The position numbers and the translations under genes are program-made. A stretch of DNA of 64,000 nucleotides from Nitrosopumilus sp. (GTDB taxonomy: Archaea; Thermoproteota; Nitrososphaeria; Nitrososphaerales; Nitrosopumilaceae), in assembly GCA_965224195.1 (NCBI GenBank), contig OZ245040.1, positions 864,001-928,000 on the forward strand, in the 5' to 3' direction. Each line of letters opens with the position of its first letter. Position 1 is the first letter of the stretch. Positions 62,747 to 64,000 of the stretch are shown here, piece after piece. Under the pieces are notes generated by a model. It saw nothing but the letters and a program-made list of their open reading frames with translations. It was not told where the DNA came from and searched no databases.

Positions 62747-63454
62747 TTGGATCCGCTAGTACGCTTCAAAAATGCACATTCTAAGGGAATTATTCCTGAT
62801 GATGTTTTTGATTTAACAATGAAACGATTTCCATTAGCTATTGAAGGAATTAATCGAATTGAAAAAGCATCTGGAATTAGATACCCTATTGCATACGTTG
62901 AACCATCCCTTGTAATTTCATCCCCAAATCCAAATTCATACGAATTTGGAATCTTATTTGCAAGAACCATTCCTATAATGTTTGAAGAAAAATTTCAAGT
63001 TGTTATTCAAATTTCTGCACCTTTGATTGCATATGGTCTAAAGGGAACAATCCATGCAATTTTGGCTCATGAGTTTTTACATTTCTTGGATTTAATGAGA
63101 AAAATCTCCAAAATGGAGTTGTTATCTGATGAAGTTTCTGGAAATTTATTTGAAAATGTTTACAGTGATGAAACTAGGTTGTTTGAACCCCGTGTTGTCT
63201 TTAAAGATCGTACCTTACTAAATCATATTACAAAAAAATTCCCTGCTGGATTTCGTGACTTTAAGCTTGAAGATAAGGTAATGAAATTCTGGGCTGAAAA
63301 AAATCTCCCAAAGACCAATATTTCTTTAGATACTAACACTGTCAAACTATCTGCTGAATCTCTTTCAAAAATAAAACTTGATCCTGCGTTTATTTCAAAA
63401 ATGGAATTATTGAAAGAAAAAAGTTCTAAAATTCATAAAAAACAACTTTACTAA
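62747..63454 (+). CDS. conserved hypothetical protein with HExxH motif
   Basis: LAHEFLH. Confidence 0.8.
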   Translation: MDPLVRFKNAHSKGIIPDDVFDLTMKRFPLAIEGINRIEKASGIRYPIAYVEPSLVISSPNPNSYEFGILFARTIPIMFEEKFQVVIQISAPLIAYGLKGTIHAILAHEFLHFLDLMRKISKMELLSDEVSGNLFENVYSDETRLFEPRVVFKDRTLLNHITKKFPAGFRDFKLEDKVMKFWAEKNLPKTNISLDTNTVKLSAESLSKIKLDPAFISKMELLKEKSSKIHKKQLY

Positions 63455-63485
63455 AATATTTTATAGGTAATTTTAAAATAATTTT

Positions 63486-63671
63486 TCATTGATTAAATTC
63501 GGTTAAACCACATTTACCGCATGTGTTTCTATCTTTGTGTTGAGCCATGAAAGTTCCTTTACCGCATCTAGAACATACTTTTTTAGTTCTTGATGTTTTG
63601 TCACCTTCAATTTTGTAATAAGATGCAATGCTGGGACTGGAACCTTTTTTACCTTTTTTCTCTACAGGCAT
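63486..63671 (-). CDS. rps27ae: 30S ribosomal protein S27ae
   Basis: CSRCGKGTFMAQH...CGKCG. Confidence 0.95.
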   Translation of the reverse strand: MPVEKKGKKGSSPSIASYYKIEGDKTSRTKKVCSRCGKGTFMAQHKDRNTCGKCGLTEFNQ

Positions 63672-64000
63672 TATTCAGATTTCTCCTCTTTTTTAGCTTC
63701 TTCAGCTGGTGCTTCTGCTTTAACTTCAGCAGGTGTTTCCTCTTTAGCTTCTTCAGCTGGCGCTTCTGCTTCCTTTGCAGCTGCATCAGCTTCTGCAAGT
63801 TTTGCTTTGGCTTTTTCTAGTCTTGAAAATATTGTTGGATTGATGTGTTTTTTAGCTAATACTTCATCATCATAAACATAGAATGTTCCTGTTATGAGAG
63901 ATTTACCGACTTGAGTTTTTAATCTCATTGGGATGACAACTTTGCCATCTAGTTTGAACTCTTTTGTAATCATATCTACAGCTTCAAGACTTTTGAGTTT
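63671..64000 (-). CDS. rps24e: 30S ribosomal protein S24e, 5'-partial
   Basis: Upstream of S27ae; LKTQVGKS...GTFYVYD; acidic Ala/Glu tail; frame open to window end. Confidence 0.85.
   Translation of the reverse strand, partial: KLKSLEAVDMITKEFKLDGKVVIPMRLKTQVGKSLITGTFYVYDDEVLAKKHINPTIFSRLEKAKAKLAEADAAAKEAEAPAEEAKEETPAEVKAEAPAEEAKKEEKSE

Overview
AT-rich chromosome segment of an ammonia-oxidising archaeon (Nitrosopumilus-like Nitrososphaerota, judged from the gene set: TFB/TBP, Cdc48, aEF-1beta, S24e/S27ae, cupredoxins). Bases 1.3-32 kb and >62.6 kb are mostly ordinary core genes plus tRNA-Thr(TGT). Bases ~32-62 kb are an eroded accessory region: IS5/IS6 elements, many pseudogenes, a secreted trypsin-like protease cassette, a decayed primase-MCM integrative element next to a tRNA-3'-end att remnant, a liv ABC transporter, FN3/PKD surface proteins and a Doc-like toxin module. 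This content suggests a host-associated lineage (inference). The main unexplained signal is eight dispersed repeat-insert-repeat units. In each, 30-46 bp (mostly 35-37 bp) of local sequence is duplicated around an unrelated 34-40 bp insert. They sit inside genes, pseudogenes and intergenic DNA, and each has a different repeat sequence. This is the geometry of Cas1-Cas2 spacer integration, here at non-CRISPR sites; one insert encodes an Orc1/Cdc6-like Walker A peptide. No cas gene lies in the window. A second signal is a 5.4-kb segment flanked by TCCAGA that reconstitutes a split gene when circularised. All coordinates and alignments were read by eye; no searches were run.
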